Virus record (IMG/VR): IMGVR_UViG_3300014169_000010
Coordinates: 1-48,471 of that record
Strand: one strand, 5' to 3'
From: a virus
Lineage: Duplodnaviria > Caudoviricetes
DNA: 48,471 bases
The translations under genes were made by a program, and so were the position numbers. A model generated the notes under the pieces. That model did no database searches, was not told where the DNA came from, and saw only the letters and a list, made by a program, of their open reading frames with translations. Shown one piece after another: positions 34,502 to 42,133 of this stretch (position 1 is the first letter of the stretch; each line of letters opens with the position of its first letter).

Positions 34502-34701
34502 GGGCGTCCTTTCGTATCAGGTTCGGCAGTCTTGAACGGCGCGGACTTTGCGGCTTTGTAGGCACAGACGTAGCCGAGCGCGATGAGCGCGAAACCAAAG
34601 GCGAGAAGGCCCAGCGGCTTCCAGATCAGGGCCAGTGCGATGATGACGAGCACGACGCCAATCAGCACGAGGATGTCGCTGGCGAGTTCGAGTCTTTTCA
34701 T
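34498..34701 (-). CDS. Small two-TM membrane protein upstream of the portal
   Basis: DILVLIGVVLVIIALALIWKPLGLLAFGFALIALG; coupled start at 34701. Confidence 0.75.
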   Translation of the reverse strand: MKRLELASDILVLIGVVLVIIALALIWKPLGLLAFGFALIALGYVCAYKAAKSAPFKTAEPDTKGRP

Positions 34702-35192
34702 AGAGTGAATTCGCTTTCGCGCTCCGCCATCTCTCTCAGCGCCTTCACTGCCGGCGGCAATGGCGGCACCAGCTTTTCGTCCCACTTGCCGGCGTTTTCG
34801 AGTGCCGTCTTGTGGGAGTGGCATGCGTCGCAGCATCCGCGCAGGTTCGCATGATCGTAGAAGAAACTCTCGTCGCCGCCGTGCTCCCCGATGTAAACCT
34901 CGGCGCGGATAACGTGGTCAACCGTGGTGCTTCGTGCGCGACCGTCGCAGAGAATCCCGATGGTGCAAAACGGATCGCGGGTAAGAATCTTCCGCCGCGT
35001 TCCCCGATGTCCGCGCCAGCGCCAGGAGTCGTACAGCCGTTTCAGTTCCTCTTGCCGCCGTCGCCGGTTGCGGTCCGCCTGCGCAGTCAGCGCGCGGTTA
35101 TTGTTCTCATGCGCCGGACAATACCGTTTGCCCGGCTCCGTGGCCTTCCCGCACTCCGGACAAATTTGCCGCGGGAGTAGATTAGGTTCCAT
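34698..35192 (-). CDS. HNH endonuclease (terminase-associated, HK97 gp74-like)
   Basis: CPEC...YC..H, RDPFC, VDH.I and NL...C..CHS.KT motifs. Confidence 0.9.
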   Translation of the reverse strand: MEPNLLPRQICPECGKATEPGKRYCPAHENNNRALTAQADRNRRRRQEELKRLYDSWRWRGHRGTRRKILTRDPFCTIGILCDGRARSTTVDHVIRAEVYIGEHGGDESFFYDHANLRGCCDACHSHKTALENAGKWDEKLVPPLPPAVKALREMAERESEFTL

Positions 35193-35577
35193 CAGTTTTC
35201 AGCTTTGGCATTACGGAAAGGTCGATGTAGGGCCCTTCGATGCCGTCCGGCTGCAGATAGAACGACCAAGCGAGTCGCCCACAATCCTTTTGCGTGGGAT
35301 TCGGGTCCCCTTCTCGCATCCTCGCAGTCCCGATGATCCGTTCCGCAGTTAGCCGGATTTGCTCGGCCACATAATGCGCGTCCGGCGCAGAATCACGCCA
35401 TGGAACGGCGATCAGGTCAATATCCGTTTTGAGGCTTCCGTGTACGGCCAGGGCATAGCCGCATTGCCGCGCCACAAAGCGCAACGCGGGCATCATCGCT
35501 TCCAGAAATTCGCGCGTCCGGTCCGCGTAATTGCACGGACGTTCCTTACTGCTTTGGCAGCTTTGACAGGTGCTCAC
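35182..35577 (-). CDS. Hypothetical protein with a nucleotidyltransferase-like motif
   Basis: GYALAVHGSLKTDIDLIAVPW. Confidence 0.55.
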   Translation of the reverse strand: MSTCQSCQSSKERPCNYADRTREFLEAMMPALRFVARQCGYALAVHGSLKTDIDLIAVPWRDSAPDAHYVAEQIRLTAERIIGTARMREGDPNPTQKDCGRLAWSFYLQPDGIEGPYIDLSVMPKLKTDGT

Positions 35578-36278
35578 AGCAATATCACTCCGCGCGTCTC
35601 ATAGACGCTGCCGCCGCTGGCATCGGGATTCGCGCTTGCCCGTCCCACGGCCATAATGCTGGCCTGCGCCGGATCGATCTTCCGCGGACTATTCGGGTTC
35701 CCCGGCTTCTTCGTGGATAGATTGCCCTTCGGGTCCGACTCGACTACCAGGTTATCCACCGCGAACGTCAGCAGCGGATTGTTGCCGTGAGCAAATTCCC
35801 GTCCGAGGATCTGCCGCTGGAATTCCTTGATGGGGCCCGTCATCGAAAACGAACCCTGCCCGTGCTGCACCATGTTCACGCCCTCAGCGATTAGCCGCTG
35901 CACAAGTTGCGTGATGTACGCCTTATCGTAGGCGAGCTCCATGATGTTGTAATCCGCGTGGCATTGCAGGATGTCCTCTTCCAGAATGTCGTAGCGGGTG
36001 ACCGGGCCCGGCATCAGCTTGAGAAAGCCACCTTTAACCCAATCGTCGTAGCCGAATTTTTCTTTCAGGACGCGATGGTGTTCGACGTCCGCCGGCGCCC
36101 ATGCCCACACCAGCAGCACCGCCTTTTCCACGCCCTTCTGGACCGGGAAGTAGAGCGCCAGCGAACTTAAATCGTTGACGACGCCGCCGTCGAATCCGCC
36201 GAAGCAGGTGCATCCCTTAAGCGCTTCAATCTTGTGCTGGCGCCACGCCGCCGGATTGCCAATGTAGGGAGCCGGCAT
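35574..36278 (-). CDS. terL: Terminase large subunit, C-terminal nuclease part
   Basis: L.G..C.GG.D....DLS, AYD, QG...M..P.K, H..NP.L and KID motifs. Confidence 0.9.
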   Translation of the reverse strand: MPAPYIGNPAAWRQHKIEALKGCTCFGGFDGGVVNDLSSLALYFPVQKGVEKAVLLVWAWAPADVEHHRVLKEKFGYDDWVKGGFLKLMPGPVTRYDILEEDILQCHADYNIMELAYDKAYITQLVQRLIAEGVNMVQHGQGSFSMTGPIKEFQRQILGREFAHGNNPLLTFAVDNLVVESDPKGNLSTKKPGNPNSPRKIDPAQASIMAVGRASANPDASGGSVYETRGVILL

Positions 36279-36313
36279 GTGGTTGTAGCGTTATAACGTA
36301 ATAATGCGGTTAT

Positions 36314-36514
36314 TTACTGCGTCCGCGCCAGCACCGCCGGATAGCGGTCCGGGTCGCGCAACTCCGTAATCTTCGTCAGTTCGCGCCGCCAATTCTCATA
36401 TGGCGCGGCGAGAATCCCCATCGAGGAGCACCACGCGACATAGGCCGCATACCGCCGCGATTCGCCAGCGGTTCGCAGCAGCGGGTCTTCGAATTTAAGG
36501 GTTATATGATTCAA
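36314..36514 (-). CDS. Small hypothetical protein between the two terL halves
   Basis: 66 aa ORF with TTG start. Confidence 0.5.
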   Translation of the reverse strand: MNHITLKFEDPLLRTAGESRRYAAYVAWCSSMGILAAPYENWRRELTKITELRDPDRYPAVLARTQ

Positions 36515-36547
36515 GTTGCACTCTCATCGGCATTTAGATGGTCTTCA

Positions 36548-37729
36548 CTAAGCCGCCTCTTCCCACGCGCATGCCCGCCACGCATCCGGCGAGATAAATC
36601 GATCTTCCGATTGCGTCCAGGTGCAGAAATTTAATCGCAGCACCAGGTTGCGGCCGGATGGCTTATCCATCGCGTCCTTCACCTGATTGCGCAGATACTC
36701 TTTGGTGACAATCACATCCAGCGCCGGATTCGTCTTAATCCAGCAAGCCTCATCCAGCCAGTTGTCACAGTTGTCACAAGTGGGCATGTCCTTGCCCTTT
36801 TGCCGGCACTCAGGGCAAACGTCAAGGTGGCAAACATAGGCAAAGAACGTATCTTTTTTGATGACTCTCTCGAGCACGCGCCGCGCGAGCTCATGATCTT
36901 CCCAGCAGATCGTCTCGCGGTCCCATCCGCTATTCGTGATTTTGAACGCCAACGGCTGCCGGCGCGCCTTGAATCCGGCAATCAGCTTGCCGACGACCTG
37001 CGGATCCTTGTGTTCGTGCTCCTCATCCACGATGACGATGTGCGGCCGTGGGCCGTCCAGCGTATCGCGGTCTGCCGCGACCGGGCGCATGAACGACGCA
37101 CCGTGGCTCAGGTTGCCGCTGGTGTACTTGTTGCTGCACCCGAACTTTTTGATCAGCTTGCGCAGTTCAGGACAGCCATCCACCATGGTGGCCGCATCCT
37201 TGAACGCGATCGCCGCCTGGTCTTTGGTCGGGGCGACAATGTAAACTTCCGCCGCCGGCTCCTCATCCGCGATGATGCCGTAAATGCCCACGCCCGCCGC
37301 CAGCGGCGTCTTGCGGTTGCCCTTCGCAATCTCGATATACGACTCGGTGAATCGCCGGAAGCCATCCGCGCGTTTCTTCCATCCGAAGAGGTTGGCGACA
37401 ATGAATTGTTCGTAGCCGATCAGCGGCTTTGTGTGGAACGCCAGGTCGCGGTAGAACTTGATGATGGCGACGGCGCCGCCCTGGTCGAAGTAATACGGAA
37501 ATACTGCTGCTTGAGCGCTCACGGATGACAAATCCGCATTCGCCGCAGTCTCCGACTGCTTTAAGTCATTCAGGAAGCGCTCCACCGCGAGGAACACCAT
37601 CCTGCCGGTTGGAACATTTCCGGTGAGCACATCCAGCGAATACCGCGCCACCGTCGGGATGCGGCTGCAATGCTTTGCCAGCAACTTCTCGGCGACGGCC
37701 GTTTTCCATTCGCTCTTATGCACTATCAA
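36548..37729 (-). CDS. terL: Terminase large subunit, N-terminal ATPase part
   Basis: LFGW...G.RRF, Walker A-like AKGNRKT, Walker B IVDEEHEH, R.QPL...ITN.G and W.K.NP motifs. Confidence 0.92.
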   Translation of the reverse strand: MIVHKSEWKTAVAEKLLAKHCSRIPTVARYSLDVLTGNVPTGRMVFLAVERFLNDLKQSETAANADLSSVSAQAAVFPYYFDQGGAVAIIKFYRDLAFHTKPLIGYEQFIVANLFGWKKRADGFRRFTESYIEIAKGNRKTPLAAGVGIYGIIADEEPAAEVYIVAPTKDQAAIAFKDAATMVDGCPELRKLIKKFGCSNKYTSGNLSHGASFMRPVAADRDTLDGPRPHIVIVDEEHEHKDPQVVGKLIAGFKARRQPLAFKITNSGWDRETICWEDHELARRVLERVIKKDTFFAYVCHLDVCPECRQKGKDMPTCDNCDNWLDEACWIKTNPALDVIVTKEYLRNQVKDAMDKPSGRNLVLRLNFCTWTQSEDRFISPDAWRACAWEEAA

Positions 37730-38268
37730 TGGACAATCTCATCCTTCGCGCTCTTTGCATGCAGAATCTTCTCGATCGCGCCCCTTGGCTGCGCAGTATC
37801 CTCGCCAGCCTTCGGCGGCTTGTCCATCACCTGAATCCCGGACCGCGAAACTGGATCCAATCCAAACGCTTGCCAGCAAGCGCGCATGTGTTTGAGCGCA
37901 TCGCTGCGCACTCGCACTGCCGGCGCCGTTCGCAATTCCCCGATGCCCGTCTCTTCGTCCACCGTGGAGTGAAGCGAACCGAACTTTGCGATCGCCGCAT
38001 CCGCCTGCTGAAAGAGCGCGATGCTCGAGCACAACGCGGCGATGGCGATGCCATCCGTCTTGAACAGGACGTCGTTATCGGCGAGTATTTCCACGATCTC
38101 CGGCCACAGCTTTTTCGCCGCCGGGTTCGTCAGAAAACTCGGCATCTTCGGTTCGCCAGGATGCGATGGCGGCGCTGCCTCATTGATCTCACGGCGTCCG
38201 CGATTTCCCTCGGCGATCTTCTGCTCCGTTGGCTTCCGATTTTTCCCGCCCGAACCTTTGCCGCCCAT
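37726..38268 (-). CDS. terS: Terminase small subunit (P27 family)
   Basis: KPT..K..EGN.G.R.IN, P.FL...A...W, PAV and FGL.P.SR motifs. Confidence 0.92.
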   Translation of the reverse strand: MGGKGSGGKNRKPTEQKIAEGNRGRREINEAAPPSHPGEPKMPSFLTNPAAKKLWPEIVEILADNDVLFKTDGIAIAALCSSIALFQQADAAIAKFGSLHSTVDEETGIGELRTAPAVRVRSDALKHMRACWQAFGLDPVSRSGIQVMDKPPKAGEDTAQPRGAIEKILHAKSAKDEIVH

Positions 38269-38273
38269 TCAAC

Positions 38274-38606
38274 TCACCGATTCCGTTTCATTTCGGGAAA
38301 ACCAGCGAACGGTCGTTGTCGAGAGGAGTTCCTGCTAACGACCCCCCTACCCCTAGTGGCCACATTCCACGTTGTTCTAGCATTCATCTCAAGTTTTGTC
38401 TCAACGATGTTGAAATCGCCGTTTGTGAGCGCGACCAAACGAAAATCGCGATCGGGAAACGCCTTCTCCGTCTCGTCGACGCGATGCGACAGCATTTCAT
38501 CGATTCCTCTTTCGGTAAAGCGCTTGCCGGGCGGTGCGGTTGCGCGTGCGCGCACGCGAACGCCGTTGAGGAAGATCGTAGTTATCTTGAAGTTTTTGCG
38601 CGTCAT
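38274..38606 (-). CDS. Hypothetical protein, paralog of 46799..47101
   Basis: Shared IFL.G.R.R...A.PG.R.T..G.D..L....E..FP.R.FRLV.L...FN.VE pattern. Confidence 0.7.
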   Translation of the reverse strand: MTRKNFKITTIFLNGVRVRARATAPPGKRFTERGIDEMLSHRVDETEKAFPDRDFRLVALTNGDFNIVETKLEMNARTTWNVATRGRGVVSRNSSRQRPFAGFPEMKRNR

Positions 38607-38869
38607 TCTCGTTAGAATGAAGGGATGGTGCAATCAGTAATAGAGTTTGCGAATGGGACTGGCTTTGCGAGCATCGGCTGCGATCGTTGCGGCAAGAGGA
38701 TGTATTTGCAGCCGTCTAATTATGAAGACCTAGCCGAACATCAGAAGCAAGAGCTTAGTCGGCTCTGCGCCGAGGGATGTCAATGCCCATCCACAACCAA
38801 GACCTAGTATGTGCCTTTTGCCGCCTCATGCGCTTTCAGCAGCGCCGCGAATCCGGGTGGCGCATTTTG

Positions 38870-39151
38870 TCATTTGCCAATGGCGGATGGGAAAAAGTAT
38901 CGGGCGACGAGGCGCCACTTCTGCACCCCGAGCGAGCGATCTTCCTCGGTTTCATCGTCTGTGAGACGGAAGAATTTTATTTCTCCGCTCGCGTCGAGCC
39001 GCACGGCGCCTTCGTGCATCGCCCAACGATCGAGATAGGCAAGAATGTCGACTTGGGCGTCGAATGCTGGGTCAGATAGAAGGACCGAAGAATAGCGACG
39101 GGTGATGGTGCAGGCTCGGCTAACATACTGTTTTTCATCAATGAGCGTCAT
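38870..39151 (-). CDS. Hypothetical protein
   Basis: 93 aa; TAGAAT -10-like box and GAGG just upstream. Confidence 0.55.
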   Translation of the reverse strand: MTLIDEKQYVSRACTITRRYSSVLLSDPAFDAQVDILAYLDRWAMHEGAVRLDASGEIKFFRLTDDETEEDRSLGVQKWRLVARYFFPSAIGK

Positions 39152-39168
39152 TTCCTCACATTCTACAA

Positions 39169-39632
39169 CTACGAATTACTTGGGAACATTTCGGTTTGAG
39201 AAACCGGCCGGAAGCCTGCCTTATTTCGAATGATCGAGCCCACCCGGTCGCCCAGCTCCTCTTCATTCGGCCGTAGGTACCATAGGGGCGTTTCTAGCGA
39301 TTTCCAGCCTAACCAGCCCATCAACTCGTCTACCGTGGCTCCCTCGCGCAACAAATGCTTACAAATGGTGTGTTTTAGGGTGTGGCTCTTGCACTTGCGC
39401 CGCGGGATCCCGGCGGCCATGGCATATCGGTGAACCACCCTCCAAAATTGGGACCTATGGATCGGGAAAAGGCGGTCATCGGCTTGTTTTGGTGAAAATG
39501 CATCAATCTCCGTAGATTGTTGCATTTTTAGGGGGTTAACCCGCTTTCGAGATCCCTTTTTGGCCGCGCCTTTGACTCCGTAGTCCGCTCGATCCGCAAA
39601 CCACCCCTCAATCGCCGCCCGTTCGTTGAAGA
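39169..39632 (-). pseudogene. Tyrosine recombinase C-terminal half (5'-truncated)
   Basis: LFP..R, HTLKHT, LGW.SL.T..Y catalytic Tyr; no N-terminal GLR..E segment found in any frame upstream. Confidence 0.75.
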
Positions 39633-39639
39633 AAAAAAA

Positions 39640-39725
39640 CTTTTGCTGCGAAAGTGTGCGCGTGAGACTCAATCGGTCGCGGCGTTTTGGCCGGCAGAGA
39701 TTTTGACCGCCTCCCCTATCCCATT
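39640..39725 (-). other. Putative cos (packaging) region
   Basis: Minus strand GGGGAGGCGGTCAAAATCTCTG...CGCGACCG...CACGCGCACACTTTCGC resembles, from memory, cos regions upstream of P27-type TerS. Confidence 0.4.
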
Positions 39726-39907
39726 GAAAATATAGGGACTTACAACACAAAACGCCGTCGAAAAACTGGCCGCCGGAACTGTCCGGAAAATCGGTTGCGA
39801 ATCGGTTGCGAATCGCCCGCCGATTGGCCGCCTATTCCCGTGGCCGCGCCGACCGCGCCGATCGCGCCGGAATCATGCCTGGTTTTTTCCACAGATATTT
39901 TTTTCCA

Positions 39908-39954
39908 ATTGTGACGTACGTCACAATGTTATTTAACCTATCCATGATAGGTTA
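39908..39954. promoter_or_regulatory. Two adjacent operator-like palindromes upstream of the plus-strand block
   Basis: Perfect 20-bp ATTGTGACGTACGTCACAAT (TGTGA-N6-TCACA) at 39908-39927; TAACCTATC-N3-GATAGGTTA at 39934-39954. Confidence 0.7.
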
Positions 39955-39980
39955 TCAGCGTAGCAAGAAAGAGAGACTAT

Positions 39981-40685
39981 ATGGAACTGTTCGCCGATTC
40001 GATTCCTTTGCCAGATGCGTCGCCGATGGCGCAAGCTGGATTCGATTTTCCCGTGCCACTAGCAGAGAAGTACCGACCGCGCCGCATTGCCGATTTTATC
40101 GGCATTGAAAAAGCGAAAAAGATTGCCGCGAACCTTGTCCGCCGTCCCATGCTCGGCAGCGCATGGTTCTTCCTCGGCAAGAGCGGAACTGGCAAGACTT
40201 CGCTTGCACTCGCCATTGCCAATGAGATGCCAGCAGAGCTACACCATATACCAGCGAAGGAATGTACTCTCGAAGCGGTGCAAGCCGTATGCCAGCAATG
40301 CTATTTCATGCCGCGTATGCTGGATAACTTCCGTCCGCTTCCCGCTCACATTGTCCTAATAGATGAAGCGGATCAAATGTCCTATCCGGCGCAGCTTGCG
40401 CTATTGTCCAAGCTGGACGCGACGGCGTTTCCGCCGAATACGATCTTTATCTTTACGGGAAACGATACCGCGAACCTAGAGGCGCGTTTCATGTCCCGTG
40501 TTCGCGTAGTGGAATTTTCCAGCTATGGCATAGCTGGCGAAACGTCCGCGTTACTCCAGCGCATCTGGACGGCGGAAACGCAAAACGCTGGCACCTTGCC
40601 AAACTTCGCCCGCATGGTGAAGGATTCAGCCAATAACGTCCGCGATGCCTTGATGAATCTCGAAGTGGAAATTATGTCCGCCTAG
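39981..40685 (+). CDS. Clamp-loader-clade AAA+ ATPase (RFC/DnaX/RarA-like, short)
   Basis: LAEKYRP, Walker A GKSGTGKT, Walker B LIDEAD, SR arginine finger, VRDAL sensor. Confidence 0.88.
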   Translation: MELFADSIPLPDASPMAQAGFDFPVPLAEKYRPRRIADFIGIEKAKKIAANLVRRPMLGSAWFFLGKSGTGKTSLALAIANEMPAELHHIPAKECTLEAVQAVCQQCYFMPRMLDNFRPLPAHIVLIDEADQMSYPAQLALLSKLDATAFPPNTIFIFTGNDTANLEARFMSRVRVVEFSSYGIAGETSALLQRIWTAETQNAGTLPNFARMVKDSANNVRDALMNLEVEIMSA

Positions 40686-40744
40686 TTCCTGAATACCGCG
40701 TCCGGCGCAGCTTGGCGCGGTCTTGAGCAACTAGCTCACGGAGC
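40679..40744 (+). repeat. Intergenic palindromic repeat, copy 1
   Basis: CGCCTAGTTCCTGAATACCGCGTCCGGCGCAGCTTGGCGCGGTCTTGAGCAACTAGCTCACGGAG. Confidence 0.95.
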
Positions 40745-40752
40745 AAAACACA

Positions 40753-41106
40753 ATGGAAAAAATACCAGTTCACGGTTTGGGATTGCATCTTCTACCTAAT
40801 CCCGCGAAAACATGGTCATTCACTGGCACCGTTCCAATCTCCCTAGTCTATCGGCGCAAAGATGGACTGCCGCTATCCGAGATTGATGCCACGAACATTC
40901 GACAGTTTGGCGCGGGATTGTTTCGCGCCGAGATTGGATGCCGCGTGTTCGCCACAAGGCAAGATGCCGTAGATGCCGCTGGTGCGATTGGATGCGCCGT
41001 TTGCTCCATTTCCACTTGCGCGTGTGCCAAGTATGACCCAGCGCGATTGGATGCGATGCAGCAGGTTATGCAATCGCGCCGCAGTCAATCGCCTAACTTC
41101 GCCTAG
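40753..41106 (+). CDS. Hypothetical protein (cassette between repeats 1 and 2)
   Basis: GGAG RBS supplied by repeat 1; TAG stop lies inside repeat 2. Confidence 0.8.
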   Translation: MEKIPVHGLGLHLLPNPAKTWSFTGTVPISLVYRRKDGLPLSEIDATNIRQFGAGLFRAEIGCRVFATRQDAVDAAGAIGCAVCSISTCACAKYDPARLDAMQQVMQSRRSQSPNFA

Positions 41107-41164
41107 TTCCTGAATACCGCGTCCGGCGCAGTTTGGCGCGGTCTTGAGCAACTAGCTCACGGAG
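41100..41164 (+). repeat. Intergenic palindromic repeat, copy 2
   Basis: Differs from copy 1 by one loop base (CAGTTTGG vs CAGCTTGG). Confidence 0.95.
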
Positions 41165-41173
41165 AAAACAACA

Positions 41174-41590
41174 ATGGCAAAACTTTCAGCGCATGGCCGC
41201 GAACTGCTACGGCTTGAGCATGAGCGGGAAATACCGGACGCGGAAGATCGCCTCTGCAATTGGGAACGGAAAACCCGCGCGTACATGGCGGACGGCAAAA
41301 TTCTAGAAAAATGGGATGTACGATTCAAACCAGATTCCCTAGACCTAGCCAATGGCCGCGCCGCTGGCCGCCTACATTCCTACGGTTGGAAATTGACGGC
41401 AAAACTCAAGACTGGATTCGCAATGGAGCAACACGCCGCAAAAGTTTTGCGCCTGTTAGCGTCCGCGCCGGAACGGGCAAAATGGCGAATCGTTACGCCA
41501 GCGTCCGCGTATGCCCACTTGCTCAAGCTGGAAATTCCGCCAGCGTCCGCGAATCCGGCGCGGCAAGAGGCATTGCCATTAGTCGCATAG
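41174..41590 (+). CDS. Hypothetical protein (cassette between repeats 2 and 3)
   Basis: MAKLSAHGRELLR...; RBS from repeat 2, stop inside repeat 3. Confidence 0.8.
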   Translation: MAKLSAHGRELLRLEHEREIPDAEDRLCNWERKTRAYMADGKILEKWDVRFKPDSLDLANGRAAGRLHSYGWKLTAKLKTGFAMEQHAAKVLRLLASAPERAKWRIVTPASAYAHLLKLEIPPASANPARQEALPLVA

Positions 41591-41663
41591 TTCCTGAATA
41601 CCGCGTCCGGCGCAGCTTGTCCTAGAAACGCTTGGCGCGGTCTTGAGCAACTAGCTACAGGAG
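41584..41663 (+). repeat. Intergenic palindromic repeat, copy 3 (15-nt loop insertion)
   Basis: Same arms; TCCTAGAAACGCTTG inserted in the apical loop. Confidence 0.95.
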
Positions 41664-41672
41664 CACAACACC

Positions 41673-41849
41673 ATGATGCTCGAAGCGTACGACACGGACG
41701 TTGAAATTCTAATCCGCTTTGACCACGAACCGACCGCGCCGTTTTCCGTACTGCGGCAATCGCCCGTGGTAATAACCACCGTTTTGCATCAGCGAATTTT
41801 CGACCGCGAATTCTATTCCCAGAGCGGACAGGAGATTGAACCCCGATGA
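41673..41849 (+). CDS. Small hypothetical protein (58 aa)
   Basis: Not in the ORF track; MMLEAYDTDVEILIRFDHEP...; AGGAG RBS; ATGA overlap with the next gene. Confidence 0.65.
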   Translation: MMLEAYDTDVEILIRFDHEPTAPFSVLRQSPVVITTVLHQRIFDREFYSQSGQEIEPR

Positions 41850-42133
41850 ATACCACCCCGAACCAGGCACCAGGCACGCCGCGCCGCCCCATGACGCGCG
41901 AAATCCTACTTGAGATGATCCGCGCCAACATGCTTCGCTACGCCGATCAACTGGAAAGCATTTCCCGCTTCCACTGGACGCTGCCGGAAATGGAAGGCTA
42001 TCTTCCCGCCTTCACCTTGTCCGACTCGCAACGCGCCGAAGGCATCGCCTTCGCCCGCGCCATGCGCCGCAAGTATCAGGGCGAAGCATGGAAGCACGAG
42101 CACGAAAACCGCAGCGCAAACCGCGCCGCCTAG
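41846..42133 (+). CDS. Hypothetical protein
   Basis: Coupled start; stop lies inside repeat 4. Confidence 0.7.
   Translation: MNTTPNQAPGTPRRPMTREILLEMIRANMLRYADQLESISRFHWTLPEMEGYLPAFTLSDSQRAEGIAFARAMRRKYQGEAWKHEHENRSANRAA

Noticed and set aside
36279-36547. Group I intron or intein in terL
   Set aside because: No recognisable intron core or intein termini by eye, and a plausible small ORF fills the gap; not formally excluded.
2222-37528. Long plus-strand ORFs such as 2222..3463, 19514..20992, 27407..28546 and 30865..32385
   Set aside because: They are antisense shadows of well-supported minus-strand genes in GC-rich DNA and show no motifs.
38625-38807. Plus-strand 60-aa Cys-containing ORF
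   Set aside because: Possible small gene, but antisense to its neighbours with a poorly spaced RBS; not enough support.
39633-39750. N-terminus of the 193-aa recombinase ORF, or a frameshift at the T-run restoring it
   Set aside because: None of the three upstream frames resembles a recombinase N-terminus; the sequence looks like non-coding cos-type DNA.
39931-39957. Canonical attC/attI site (ATTTAAC...GTTAT)
   Set aside because: Too short, and the right end does not fit GTTRRRY; better explained as an operator palindrome.
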